From the NCBI GenBank assembly GCA_951406725.2, contig OX597839.1:31558001-31622000 (forward strand): DNA of 64,000 bases, written 5' to 3'. A program made the position numbers and the translations under genes. This DNA is from Octopus vulgaris. Its lineage: Eukaryota. Positions 1 through 11,630 of the stretch are shown here, piece by piece (positions within the stretch are counted from its first letter, which is position 1; the number at the start of each line of letters is the position of its first letter). The notes beneath the pieces are model-generated. The model did no database searches and was not told the DNA's origin. It was given only the letters and a program-made list of their open reading frames with translations.

Positions 1-1864
1 GATCATTAGGAAGGAGAGATACAAAAAGAAAGAAGAAAGCAAAGGACCACTGATGAGGTCACAGAAGTGTGATGAAAGGACTCTGGCCGAAATACAATAA
101 ATATGAAATAAAGCTGAAGCAAATTAACACCAAATATATTGTGTGTGTGTTTTTATTGGCTAAACTGGCAACATGACCATCCCCAAATACAATAATATGT
201 TTCAACACACATATTCACATCAAGAATCTTGCAAAACGAATACATAAATGTAATTGCTAGAAATGTTTTTACCAATTCTAGATTCATAAAAGTGCTTCTA
301 CTGACTCTAGAGTCACAGAAGGGTGCCTTTTGTATCCAAGAAGACACACAAATTCCTGACTCAGTTTGTTTCAAAATGCTTAATGAAATAGTTTTTGAAA
401 TTTGATGAAGGCCATTTCTAAACCATTTTGTTATTCCTCTTCCTCAGAGCTAAGAAGCATCTAAAAAGTCTTGTCAGTTTGTCTGATGGTCCCAGCACAC
501 AAAATGGAAAAGGTGTTGCCCCAGAGAGTGCCAAGGGAGATGCACTGGAAGAGCCACTCTGACCCCTGGGGCTTGCCCTTGCAGACAGCTATCTCCATGC
601 CTGACTCAATAAGAAACTAAGCTAAGTTGAATCACATTTGACAATTCTGATTTGGAAAATAAAAAGCAGAGGAAAAACTGGTTATAAAGCTTCAGTTAAT
701 TTATGTCCTTAATGAAACCCTGGCTTAAAGCATTAATTGAGAAACACCAAAGAAGCAATCACTGCCAAATGTTTGTTCTGCTCAGTTTATAAAATGTCAC
801 CTAAACTAAAACTATTTACACCAATTTGTTCTTTTGATTTCAATATTTTATCTGGTTTGATATCTTTGCAAATTTATGGATTTTCACATTTCCTTTTATG
901 GCAGATACAACTTTCGTTCTTCACCCTCAGTCACAAAACCTAATTCACTGGTACCCCCCTCCACCACCACCACCACCACCACACCACCACCACCATCTTT
1001 TTATGGCAGCTATTTCTCTCATTTTTAGTTCTGCAAATAACTGAAGACTGGAACCAGTTATATTTCCCTCTTGTTCCGTTCTTTCCATACAGAAATTTTT
1101 ATACAAATTGACTCCAACCGAAAAGTTTCGTATTATTTAATGAAATTGTTTGAGAAGATTGAAACTAAATAAATGAAACCAGGCAAATAAACCTTGGATA
1201 TTCACAGAGTTTAATCTAAGAATAAAACTTAAGAAGACAACAATAACAACAACAACAGCATAAATTTACTATTTTATAAGATTTTCTTTGAAATTAATAT
1301 TTCTAAGTTTTTCTTTTCTTGTCATTTTTTTGTTCTGCATTAATCAATTTATTAGAGAGGGGACATATGTTAAAAACGAAGCCGCCTCAGAAGAGAAAAT
1401 GGCTCTGGAGAAGAAGAAGAAGATAAATGAAAATAATAACTCAGCATTAAGTAAACAGATTGTCTTACTAGATTTCTGTCTATTTTATTTGTTTTATTTA
1501 TTTAGTAATATTGTTTTCTTAATGATTTATGATTTTTTTTTTTTTTTTTTTCAAGTTGGGAAGTGGGCAAAGAAAGTTTAGTTTTGGTATTGTTATTGTT
1601 GTTGTTGGTGTTGTTGTTGTTGAAACCATTTGGAAGTATCTGAATACAAACAAAACAATCTTTAGTGAACTCGTGGTATCAGGTGTGGGAAATTAGTCTG
1701 TTGAAGGATTCTTCTGCAAAACACCAACAGCAACGAATTTCAATACTTTTTTTCTTTTTCTTTTTATTAATTTGCTTTTCTGAAACTCCTTGTTATATAA
1801 TATAATAACCCCCCCACCACCACCACAACTAATTTTACACCAATTACCAAGAATAGTAATAATA

Positions 1865-2070
1865 ACGGTTTCAAATTTTGGTGTAAGGCCAGTCATTTTA
1901 AGAAGCTGAGTAATTACATGGACCTCAGTGATCAATTGGTACTTATTTTATTGACCCCCAAAAGGATGGCAGGCAAAGGCAACCGCAGCAGCATTTGAAC
2001 TCAGAACACAAAGTCAGGAGAAATGCTGCTGACCATTTTGTCCAGTGTGAGAATGGTTCTGCTAGCTCGC
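1865..2070 (-). mobile_element. SINE family B, old degenerate copy
   Basis: Degenerate match to the young copies at 25041 and 60225 (ggtacttattttattgacccc..aaaggatg..aggcaaagg..atttgaactcagaac). Confidence 0.75.
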
Positions 2071-2390
2071 TGCATGGCACCTTAGGCAAGTGTCTTCTAC
2101 TCTCACCTCAGACCAACCAAAGCCTTGTGAGTGGATTTGGTAGAGGGAAACTGGAAGAAGCCTCTCATTTATTTCCATGTGCATGTCTCTGTGTTTGTCT
2201 CCCACCACCACTTGACAACTGCTTCTGGTGTGTCTATGGCTCTGTAACTTAGCAGTTCAGTGAAAGAGACTGATAAAATAAGTACCAGGCTTAGAAAAAA
2301 ACAAGTAGTGGGGTCAATTCATTCAACTAAGAATCCTTCAAGGCACTGCTCCAGCATGGCCAGAATCTAACAAGTGAAAGAAAAAAAATA
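2070..2390 (+). mobile_element. SINE family A, 5'-truncated degenerate copy
   Basis: ggcaccttaggcaagtgtcttctac..gccttgtgagtggatttggtag..ccagcatggcc; abuts the family B copy head-to-head. Confidence 0.8.
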
Positions 2391-2467
2391 TATAAATACA
2401 ACCCACCAAAATAATGCCATTCCTCGCCAATGGTGTGTGAACCCTTTTGAGAAACACTGGTCTGGAG

Positions 2468-2715
2468 CAGTGGCTCTCAACCATTTTGAATCCCTTCTTA
2501 TTTTACTCAAATGGAACCCCAGAGACATTCAATGCTTCCAAAAATCCCATCATATTTTCATAATTAAATACTATTAACAATTAGTATAAGAAAGTTTGTT
2601 AATATATTTCGTGCACTGCAGAAGTATAACAATTTCTTGCACGTTAATTTTAACAACAAAATCATGGCCCCTATGGGTCCCTAAAAGTTATATGGACCCT
2701 GGTTGAGAAACATTG
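2468..2715. mobile_element. hAT/Charlie-type MITE
   Basis: Imperfect TIRs cagtggctctcaacc ... ggttgagaaacattg. Left flank gtctggag resembles the Charlie NTCTAGAN target; the right flank does not match. Confidence 0.6.
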
Positions 2716-3654
2716 GCATAAAAGCTACACTGTGGGCCAATGCTAAGTCTGTAACCTGCTTCCTTCAGTTGGTAAATAGAGAATCTGTTAGAATAGACTT
2801 TGAAACTTGACTTTATGATTAGTAAATTAAGTGAAGTTGGATCAATTTTTATGCCAAGAAGAGAGAAATCTGATGCTTCAAGGCTCAACGCCCACTTCAT
2901 TTAAGAGAGAAAATATTTTCTTTCATTTCAACCCCCGTCAGTTCAACTCAACCCCTATTACATATTTATAGTTGAAAGTCAAACACGAGATTACACAATT
3001 AAATGAGATAAACGATGATTCATGCAACCATCAGAAAGTGCGTTTATTTTCTAATTTAATTTGCTATCAACCCTAAACCAGTTCAATATGTTATATCCAA
3101 ATCATATTACACTGATATGTTCCACAATTTTTGTGTCATCAAAGTTGATGGCCAGCTTTGTATGTCTATTTTGATGACCGGTTGAGCAGTTAACCGAAAG
3201 ATCACAAGATTAAGCCATGCCAGCAGCCTTTGTGTTGTGGCCCTAAACAAAGCACATCACTCCACTTACTTTAATCAATCTAACAGCAAAACAGATAGCA
3301 TTGTTCCCTTTGAGGTTCGTCTCATCAGACTGGAGGCATCAAATCATGGACTGAATGATGCAACGGTTTCATACAAACAACAACAACAACAACAGCACCA
3401 ATTACATCTATCTCTAAACTTTAATATTTTTTGCAGTGGAGTTGAGTCAGTGATCAGACGATTGACTGACATCAAAACTTTCTGCTATTTCAAAGTATAC
3501 AGCTCCAGTAAGAAATAAAATCGAAGTTTATACACACCATGGTGGTTATAATACATGTCGGTCGTAATATATAATGGTAAATAATTGATGACTTTAAATA
3601 GTTAAGTACTCAGTCGTGGTAAGAAATAAAAACAAAACTAAATATAATCGTTTA

Positions 3655-3827
3655 GCTTTTAATTGTTTTGGTCATTAAACGGTGGCCATGCTGGGGCACC
3701 ACCTTGAATTGGCTCCAGAACTTACTCTTTTAAAAACCTGATACTTATTCTATCAGTCACTTTTGCCTAACTGCTAAGTTATGGGGCTGTAAACACACCA
3801 ATACTGGTTGTCAAGAGGTGGTGGGGA

Positions 3828-3865
<38 letters not shown>

Positions 3866-4092
3866 TGTATGTATGGAAACTGAAAGAAATCCATTGTATA
3901 TGATGATGAAGATGATGATGATGATATACAATAGGTTTCTTTCAGTTTCCATCTATGAAATCCACCCACAAGGCTTTGATTGTCCGGAGAGTATAGTAGA
4001 AGGCACTTGCCCAAGGGGCTGAGCAGTGGGACTGAACCTGGAACCATGTGGTTGGGAAGCAAGCTTCTTACCACACAGCCATGCCTGTGCCT
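3655..4092 (-). mobile_element. SINE family A, older full-length copy
   Basis: Co-linear with the family A consensus, including the tRNA-like head (ends ..ccacacagccatgcctgtgcct) and internal (CA)n. Confidence 0.85.
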
Positions 4093-4315
4093 GGAGTGAT
4101 TATAATATATGATGGTATATATATATATATATATTATTGGTGATTCTAAATGGTCCCCATGATTATTCCATGATGTAAACATTCCTATTTCAATGCCAAA
4201 TCTTAGATCAAGACAATCGAATGCAACTCTGAAATATGCATCAAGTATTCTGTTTAGTTATGAAAAGAAACCATGTATATCTACACCACACACACACACA
4301 CACACACACACACAT

Positions 4316-4355
<40 letters not shown>

Positions 4356-4919
4356 ATATATATGTGTGTGTGCATTTGTATTCATATGCGTATATGTATA
4401 TATTTCTCTTTTTCACTTTATATATATGTCCATGTGAACACATCAATAGACACACACACACACAGAGTATGTAAACTTGTATGCTAGAGATGAAGGAGAA
4501 GAGAAAAATAGACAGACAGACAGACTGGCAGACAAAGAAAAAAAGGGGAGATACATGCATAAATACCTATGCCTACACACAAATATTTATATATTCTGTT
4601 AATGTTTTCTTTGTGTTTATTTTTCCCCCCTGCTTTTTTTTGTTTTTGTTTTAGCCAGAACCAATGCGAAGGCATCGGCCATATCAGAATCATGCTGAAC
4701 ATGTCCACAAATATCGCAAATCTAATATCTCTGCATTAATAATTTATATATTGATAAATGTTTGTACTATAAAATGACAATAATCCTTCAAATCAATTTG
4801 TACTGAGTTTCACCAACAATTCAAGACATCACCCTATAAGAGACTGGCTAAGGAAGAGGTAAAACTAGCAACAATAAGTGGTAACATGCCATTCTGGAGC
4901 ATACGTCATCATTGTTTAA

Positions 4920-5139
4920 CCCTTTCGTTACTGTATTTATTTTCAGATGCTCTCTGTTTCTTTCAATTGATTTTAAATATAACAAAGAATTTAGTAAAAT
5001 AACTCAGTTATCATTCAGCTAATGTTAGGAACATAAATTGCGACTAAGGTTTGGTGGAAGATTTTAATTCAGAACTTATGAAAACAAGACATTTGTACTC
5101 AGAGCCATGGCAGTTTCAGCTGGGTTGGTCACGAAAGGG
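4920..5139. mobile_element. piggyBac-type MITE family P1
   Basis: TTAA|CCCTTTCG ... CGAAAGGG|TTAA; TTAA at 4916-4919 and 5140-5143. Confidence 0.85.
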
Positions 5140-5545
5140 TTAAATGTCCACTTTTCTCTGTTTGCATGAGTTTGATGGAATTTTGTAGAGGGGCATTTTC
5201 TACAGCCCAATGCCTTTTGTGTTGTCAAGTCTCACCTATTTCCGAGGGAGTTAATATTCCCCCTCCAAGACCAGATGCTTTCAAGGAAGACTGGAAATGG
5301 AGTACACTGCTTACATGAACGTGACACTTGTTTACGACTATCAAATCAAGGAGACAGTCATACATACATACATATCTATATGATGGGATTTCTTAGTTTC
5401 TATCTACAGGATCCACTCAAAACACTTTGGTTGGCCCAGGGCTATAATAGAAGACATTTGCCCAAGGTGTCACACAGTGGGACTGAACCTAGAACTATGT
5501 AGTTGGGAAGTAAAGTTCTTGTCACACAACTACATCTATGCATAA
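5140..5545 (-). mobile_element. Degenerate RTE-related short element followed by a SINE family A head
   Basis: ttttctacagcccaatgcctt.. resembles family C; gcccaaggtgtcacacagtgggactgaacc is the family A head. Confidence 0.6.
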
Positions 5546-6604
5546 ATATATATGTGTGTGTGTGTATAAATATATGTGTGAGCCCTTAAATTTCAGCAAA
5601 TGAAAACAAAGGACTATGGGCATAAATCCTGATTGCTGCAAGTCCCCTATTCATCAATATCAACATCTTTTCAGCTGATACACTCCTCTTCATACACTTT
5701 CTGCAATCTTGTGTAGGTTTCTGGGCAGGTATTGTCAAGCTTTTGGCAAAAGTTGATGCAGATTCATGGTGAATGTGATAATCACACACTACACACATTC
5801 CTTCCTAGCACTGCTGTAAACAGCAGAAGTGAGCTAGAATGTTAAAACTTGGTGCACATGCACAGCAGAGTTCAAAGTCAATCTGTGCCAGGCAGCTTCA
5901 CTCTGCATGCTTTAACTTCGTTATAATGGCAACAGTCCGGATAGTTATTGATCACACCATCTACTTCATTTTGGGACAGGACGTTGTGTTTTCTATTATG
6001 TAACCTATAAAATTTAGCCTGAACATCCTCTGTGTGTGTGTGTGTGTGTGTGTGTGCACATGTGTATACATACATAAACACACACCACCTATATGCATGT
6101 GTCTGTGTGTGTGTGCGTTCATGTTTTGGCCTTTTATCAGGATTTATGCTGATAGACCTTTGTGTTTACTTGCAGTAATTAAGGGCTCACATACCCAGAG
6201 TTATTGGTGGTGTTGATGACAAATAGTTAACAATAATTTACAAGTTCTAACACCCCATCGCTCCATAAAACAGAAAAAAAAAATTGGCTCCCATCATATA
6301 AATCTAATCTGCAGGAATGGTAAACATGTGTAAAATTCCTCTGATTCTATGGCTGATACTCACAGGAGCATAAATACTCTGTTGTCTAAACTGCTCACAA
6401 CAGAGCCTTAACTAGCCATCATTCAGGCTTCAGTTGCAAACATAGTAGTACCTATTCAGCTATTTAGTTCCCCTGTGGCTGGAAATGGTTTTGTTACCAG
6501 AATATTTCTAAGGCATTAATATTCTGTCATTTTCATCCCCTTAACAACATCACTAACCAAGCAAGGATCTTCTGTCGTAATATATTTACCATTATTTCTT
6601 ACCG

Positions 6605-6815
6605 CCAAGATGGTCAGCTGGCAGGACTGTTACTGCACTGGGCAAAACGATCAGGGGCATCTCTTCAAACTTTACATTCTGAGTTCAAATTCTACCAAGG
6701 TTGACCGAGCTTTTCATTCTTTGGGGGCCAATAAAATATAGTACCAGTCAAATACTGGGGTTGTTCTAATCCTACCAAATTTCAGGACTTGTGCCTTTAT
6801 TAGAAAGGATTATTT
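6605..6815 (+). mobile_element. SINE family B, old degenerate copy
   Basis: gctggcagg..ttctgagttcaaattctaccaaggttgac..ttttcattctttggggg..aataaaa..agtaccag. Confidence 0.7.
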
Positions 6816-6845
6816 CTTATCACTGCTACCATTGCTACTTCTTAA

Positions 6846-7066
6846 CCCTTTTGTTACCAATCTGACTGAAACTAGCTCTGGTTCTCTAGTACAAATGTCT
6901 TGTTTCCAAAAGTTCTGAATTAAAATCTTCCCCCAAACCTTAGTCACAATTTATGTTCCTAACACTAGCTGAATGATAACTAAGTTATTTTACTAAATTC
7001 TTTGTTATATTTAAAATAATTAAAAGAAACACAGAGCATCTCAACAGAAATACGGTAACAAAAGGG
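6846..7066. mobile_element. piggyBac-type MITE family P1, inverted relative to 4920-5139
   Basis: TTAA|CCCTTTTGTTACC ... GGTAACAAAAGGG|TCAA; its reverse complement aligns end to end with 4920-5139. Confidence 0.85.
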
Positions 7067-8712
7067 TCAATAAACACAGAAAGAAGGAGGGATGAGGATA
7101 GGGAATTAAGGGCCAGTTGCAAAAGGAATTAACTTTCTCATCTAATGAGAGATGCCTGGACAAGTCATGGAGTACAATGGAGGCAGCTATATTCTGTTGT
7201 AGTACAAAAGACCTGTAAAAATAGGATGGAGGGTGGGGGTGGAAATTTACAGCTGAGATTAAGGAATTGATGGGATGAGCACTGACTGATAAATAAGGAA
7301 GGGTCAAACTGATTTGTGTAACCCATACCAGAAAGGGCAAAAGAGATGTTACCACAATGGATTTTTTTGATCTTCAAAACCAAACCCAAATTAGTTTTTA
7401 TAATTTCCTCCAATACATGGAACTGTCCCAAGACCATGATGGTTAGCTTGGATTGAAAGGGTAGAAAAAACATGGTCAAAGAACTATAAGGAAGCAAAAT
7501 AGGGAAAAGGGCTTTTCCCTTCAGCTGCCATTTGTGCTTGGTCAGTGTGGTGATGCTTGTGTTCATGAAACTCCTGAAAGATACAATGTGGGTGTGTAGG
7601 TTAGGTATTTCTGGAAGGGGGTCCTCAATTTATTTGATGTATCTTTGATCCTTAACCATAAGTTACTGCATCTACACCATTAATTCTTAATAACAATTTT
7701 TTTCTTTATATTAAGAAAATTTTTTTTTCCTAAAAAGTTTTGTGGACAGGACTTCTGCCAGAGCCATCTGTGGTACTGTTTGACATAAATCCATAATATA
7801 TCTGTCTGATGAGCGTAGGACCCAGCTTTACATGAAACTCAGAACTATGGTCACCATTTGTTAGAATGATTATCTTTAAACTATATTCTGTACTCTCATT
7901 ATTTTCACATAATTGAGTTCTATTTGTTTTTTGACTAAGATCTAAAGACCTTCATGGCCTTTATGGCCAGAGATGCTTTAGGTTCAGTTTCAAGAAAAAG
8001 TAATGTCTGCATAAAACAAGCATGTCTCAAACACAACTACTCATCATGGTTCAACTTACAAATAAATGAGATAGAAATTATATCGTTTGTATGAATGGTT
8101 ATGTTTACATCCAGCATTTCTCTGAAAAAGAAAAATGCCAACAAAATGTTTGGTGACTGTACTTTCAAACACATGTTGAACGAAATTTTTCTTAGTTGAA
8201 AATTAGCTAAAAGTTAGAGACAGGAAGAACATCTGGCGGTAATAACACTACTTCAATAATACGTATTTATATAAACCCACGTTGGATGTAAAACAAATGA
8301 ATGTTGTTAATTTAGTTGATTCTAAGTACTTTAATCTTATGTTAGAGCAGGTTCTCGGAAAAACTGACCCACGAACTGAAAGTCAATGACCAGTCAGAAT
8401 CCACGAATGAAGAAGGCAATTTATGTTCTTCCTCTTTAAATAACCTTCTATTTATTTATTTTGTTTTTTTCAGATCTGAATGTAAAGAGATTTAGTCAAC
8501 TGACATGGAGTCATATTGAAGACAAATGTGAACCCAAGTATTTTACAAAATAGTTCCGTGACTAAAGTATTGAACCATTGAAGTGGTTTGGCACTAATTC
8601 CCAGGATGATTAGAAAACTTCTACATGGTCACTCATCTCCAAGAAATAGCAGCTGAATCTCTCTCATATCTCACTCTACTCTCTTACAAAAAATGGAGAA
8701 CACCTTCAATAT

Positions 8713-8911
8713 TCTTTTACTCTTTTACTTGTTTCAGTCATTTGACTGCGGCCATGCTGGAGCACCGCCTTTAGTCGAGCAAATCGACCCCGTGACTTAT
8801 TCTTTGTAAGCCCAGTACTTATTCTATCAGTCTCTTTTGCCGAACCGCTAAGTGATGGGGACGTAAACACACCAGCATCGATTGTCAAGCAATGCTAGGG
8901 GACAAACACAG

Positions 8912-8972
<61 letters not shown>

Positions 8973-9138
8973 TACAACAGGCTTCTTTCAGTTTCCGTCT
9001 ACCAAATCCACTCACAAGGCATTGGTCGGCCCGGGGCTATAGCAGAAGTCACTTGCCCAAGATGCCACGCAGTGGGACTGAACCCGGAACCATGTGGTTG
9101 GTTAGCAAGCTACTTACCACACAGCCACTCCTGCGCCT
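8713..9138 (-). mobile_element. SINE family A, young full-length copy (tRNA-derived, CORE-like domain, internal microsatellite)
   Basis: Minus strand: A-box-like ggagtggctgtgtggt, B-box gggttcagtccc, CORE-like ggcatcttgggcaagtgactt, internal (TA)n(TG)n, tail (agtaaaag)n. Near-identical to the copies at 16642, 18078 and 58793. Resembles octopus CORE-SINEs (OR type); family name not verified. Confidence 0.92.
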
Positions 9139-9620
9139 ATTAAATAATGTTTTCCTAGATACAATATGCCTGACTACAAGATGGGATGGTTATGGCTGGA
9201 ATGTCTCTGAGAATAAACCAGCTCAGTTACTTATTCTTAATTTGAGTTGGCCATTCAGTACACAAACGACTAAATCAATGTTGTCCCCATCTTTGCTTCC
9301 GAAACAGCAATTTAATGGCAGTTTACAGATTGGCTATCAAAATAACTTGCACTGGGTGTGTATGTGTGCGTGTGAGAGTGTACACACATATATACATAAA
9401 CATGTGTGCATTGTACAATGTATAAGTGTGTGTGTGTGTGTGTGTGTGTATGTACTGTTTATGTCTATACGTATACATTATTATGGTTTAAGTGCATGCA
9501 CATCAGCAAATAATTGAATGGCAGCATGTGAGATGGTGCATCTTGCATCTTAGCATGCAGTGGTCCTGACGTAGACATGTCGAAATATCTATATGAGTGT
9601 GTCACTATATATACATATAC

Positions 9621-9651
<31 letters not shown>

Positions 9652-9765
9652 TGTATGTATATATATACATATACAAAAAATTCAGGGTGAATACTTGATA
9701 ATTGTAAGAACCTGTATATGCCATTTAAATATACTTTGCATCATGTTTTTATTTTGTTTTTATTT

Positions 9766-10042
<277 letters not shown>

Positions 10043-10417
10043 ATGCACCAGCATGTATGTTGAACAATGAGCACATATTGTTATAGAGCACACTGTGTTG
10101 TGTGACATGTACCTGCACAAGTTAGTGCGTCTGCTCACACACAAGTTTCCATGTGTGGCCATATGCGTTGAGGTGTATACATGGGCACATGTTAATGTCA
10201 GTGCACGTGGATGTGTTGATGTGTGTGTGTACAGACACACACACGCACAGATACACACCACACACACACTGTCTTGTGTGCTAGTGGCTATGTCTATACA
10301 GGAATATCTATGTAAACATTATCATGAGTGAGTGAGTGCATGTATACTGGTGAAGGTGTGTGCATGTGTGTATTGGTGTGTGCGTACTCTTATTTTACTT
10401 TTATTGTGTGCATGTAT

Positions 10418-10419
<2 letters not shown>

Positions 10420-10498
<79 letters not shown>
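10420..10498. repeat. (CA)n microsatellite
   Basis: Pure CA run. Confidence 0.97.
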
Positions 10499-10500
<2 letters not shown>

Positions 10501-11499
10501 AAGAGTAAAAATAAACTCTGTTTGTTAAAGCTCCTATTCAAAGTATACCCTGAGGTAAACTACGAAATTAGTTGCCGTCAATTATGTAAAGTCCACAAAT
10601 AAAAATCTATAAGATTCCTGCTAGAAATCGAAATGTGTTTCAAAGTTCAACAGTGAAGAATTCTCAATAATCTAATTAAAAAAGAAAAAAAAACTTTTTT
10701 TAAATATAATAAAACGAGGAAGAAAAAAATGAAACAAAAAAACATTGAAAAATGCCCCTTCCTCTGCGAGAAAGTAATACTTTGTATGAAAAGTAACGAA
10801 AGAAATAGATAAATCTTATTAAACAATGAACCTGGTAAATTGAAAGTAACCTGGCATGTCTGGGTTTCTGGATTCAAGGCAAAAATGGTGAACTGCCATA
10901 ATTTTTACAAGTCAGACAGGTTTCTTTTTTTTTTCTTTCTTTTTTTTTGTTTTTCTATAATTTTTGTTAATCTTCAAAACATACAAAATTTTTTTAAAGA
11001 TTAAATAATCATATGAAACTAAATATCAACAGTGAGTAAATGCTGTTATTTAACTCTTCTTTGCGGAGGAAAGTTTAAATCGATGCACATGCACGTGCAT
11101 TACAAGTGCGTTGTGTTAACGACAGCAGTTGTCACCAGAAGAGGAGAGAAGCTGGGGGGGGGGGGGGTCGAATGGAGATGACAACAAGCAAGAGTTTGTT
11201 TTGTTTTGTTTTTTCATACAACAGGTAAAGATATATTTTGAAGAAATCTTACATTTGCGTTTAGTGATGCTGTAGCATGGCCAATATCACATATGTAGAA
11301 CTATTACAAAAAGACTGTAACTTTAAGACGAGAGATTGGTACTTTTGTTACTTTGTTAAGAAAATTTTTAAGAAAATAGAACAAAAACAAACTGGTTTTA
11401 TGAATATACACAAAGACATACTACACATGTATGGCTTTATACATACATATTACAAATATACATACATATTACAAATATATATATATATATATATATATG

Positions 11500-11630
11500 T
11501 AAAAGTAAAAAAATACAAACTGGGACAAGAACGTGAAACATTTAGAAGACGACACAAAAAAAAACACGGACGGGACATTCGAAGCCCTCAATCATCAGTC
11601 AAGAACTGGATCATATTCGCAATTTCGGAT
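11500..11630 (-). mobile_element. Penelope-like terminal stub inside (TA)n with a degenerate hammerhead-like motif
   Basis: Minus strand: atatccgaaattgcg..gaCTGATGAttgagggcttcGAAtgt..; CpG-rich island flanked by (TA)n on both sides. Confidence 0.5.

Noticed and set aside
3135-3166. tcatcaaagttg..gccagctttg resembles pieces of a mir-2 hairpin
   Set aside because: The mature seed (tatcacag) is absent and the hairpin is far too short for a pre-miRNA.
3206-3220. aagattaagccatgc matches the 5' region of eukaryotic 18S rRNA
   Set aside because: Only 15 nt match and the flanks do not continue the 18S sequence.
7100-7620. Overlapping 104-aa and 133-aa minus-strand ORFs
   Set aside because: No recognisable domain; at most a heavily decayed LINE fragment that I cannot assign.
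8474-8553. Strong acceptor tttttttcAG followed by a short frame (LNVKRFSQLTWSHIEDKCEPK)
   Set aside because: No good donor, and it appears to lie inside a decayed hAT-like element (~8345-8580).
8882-9517. 211-aa ORF, plus similar ORFs at 16638, 18392, 42317 and 58975 sharing [22 protein letters not shown]
   Set aside because: Antisense translations of SINE family A; the shared peptide reflects repeat copies, not a gene family.
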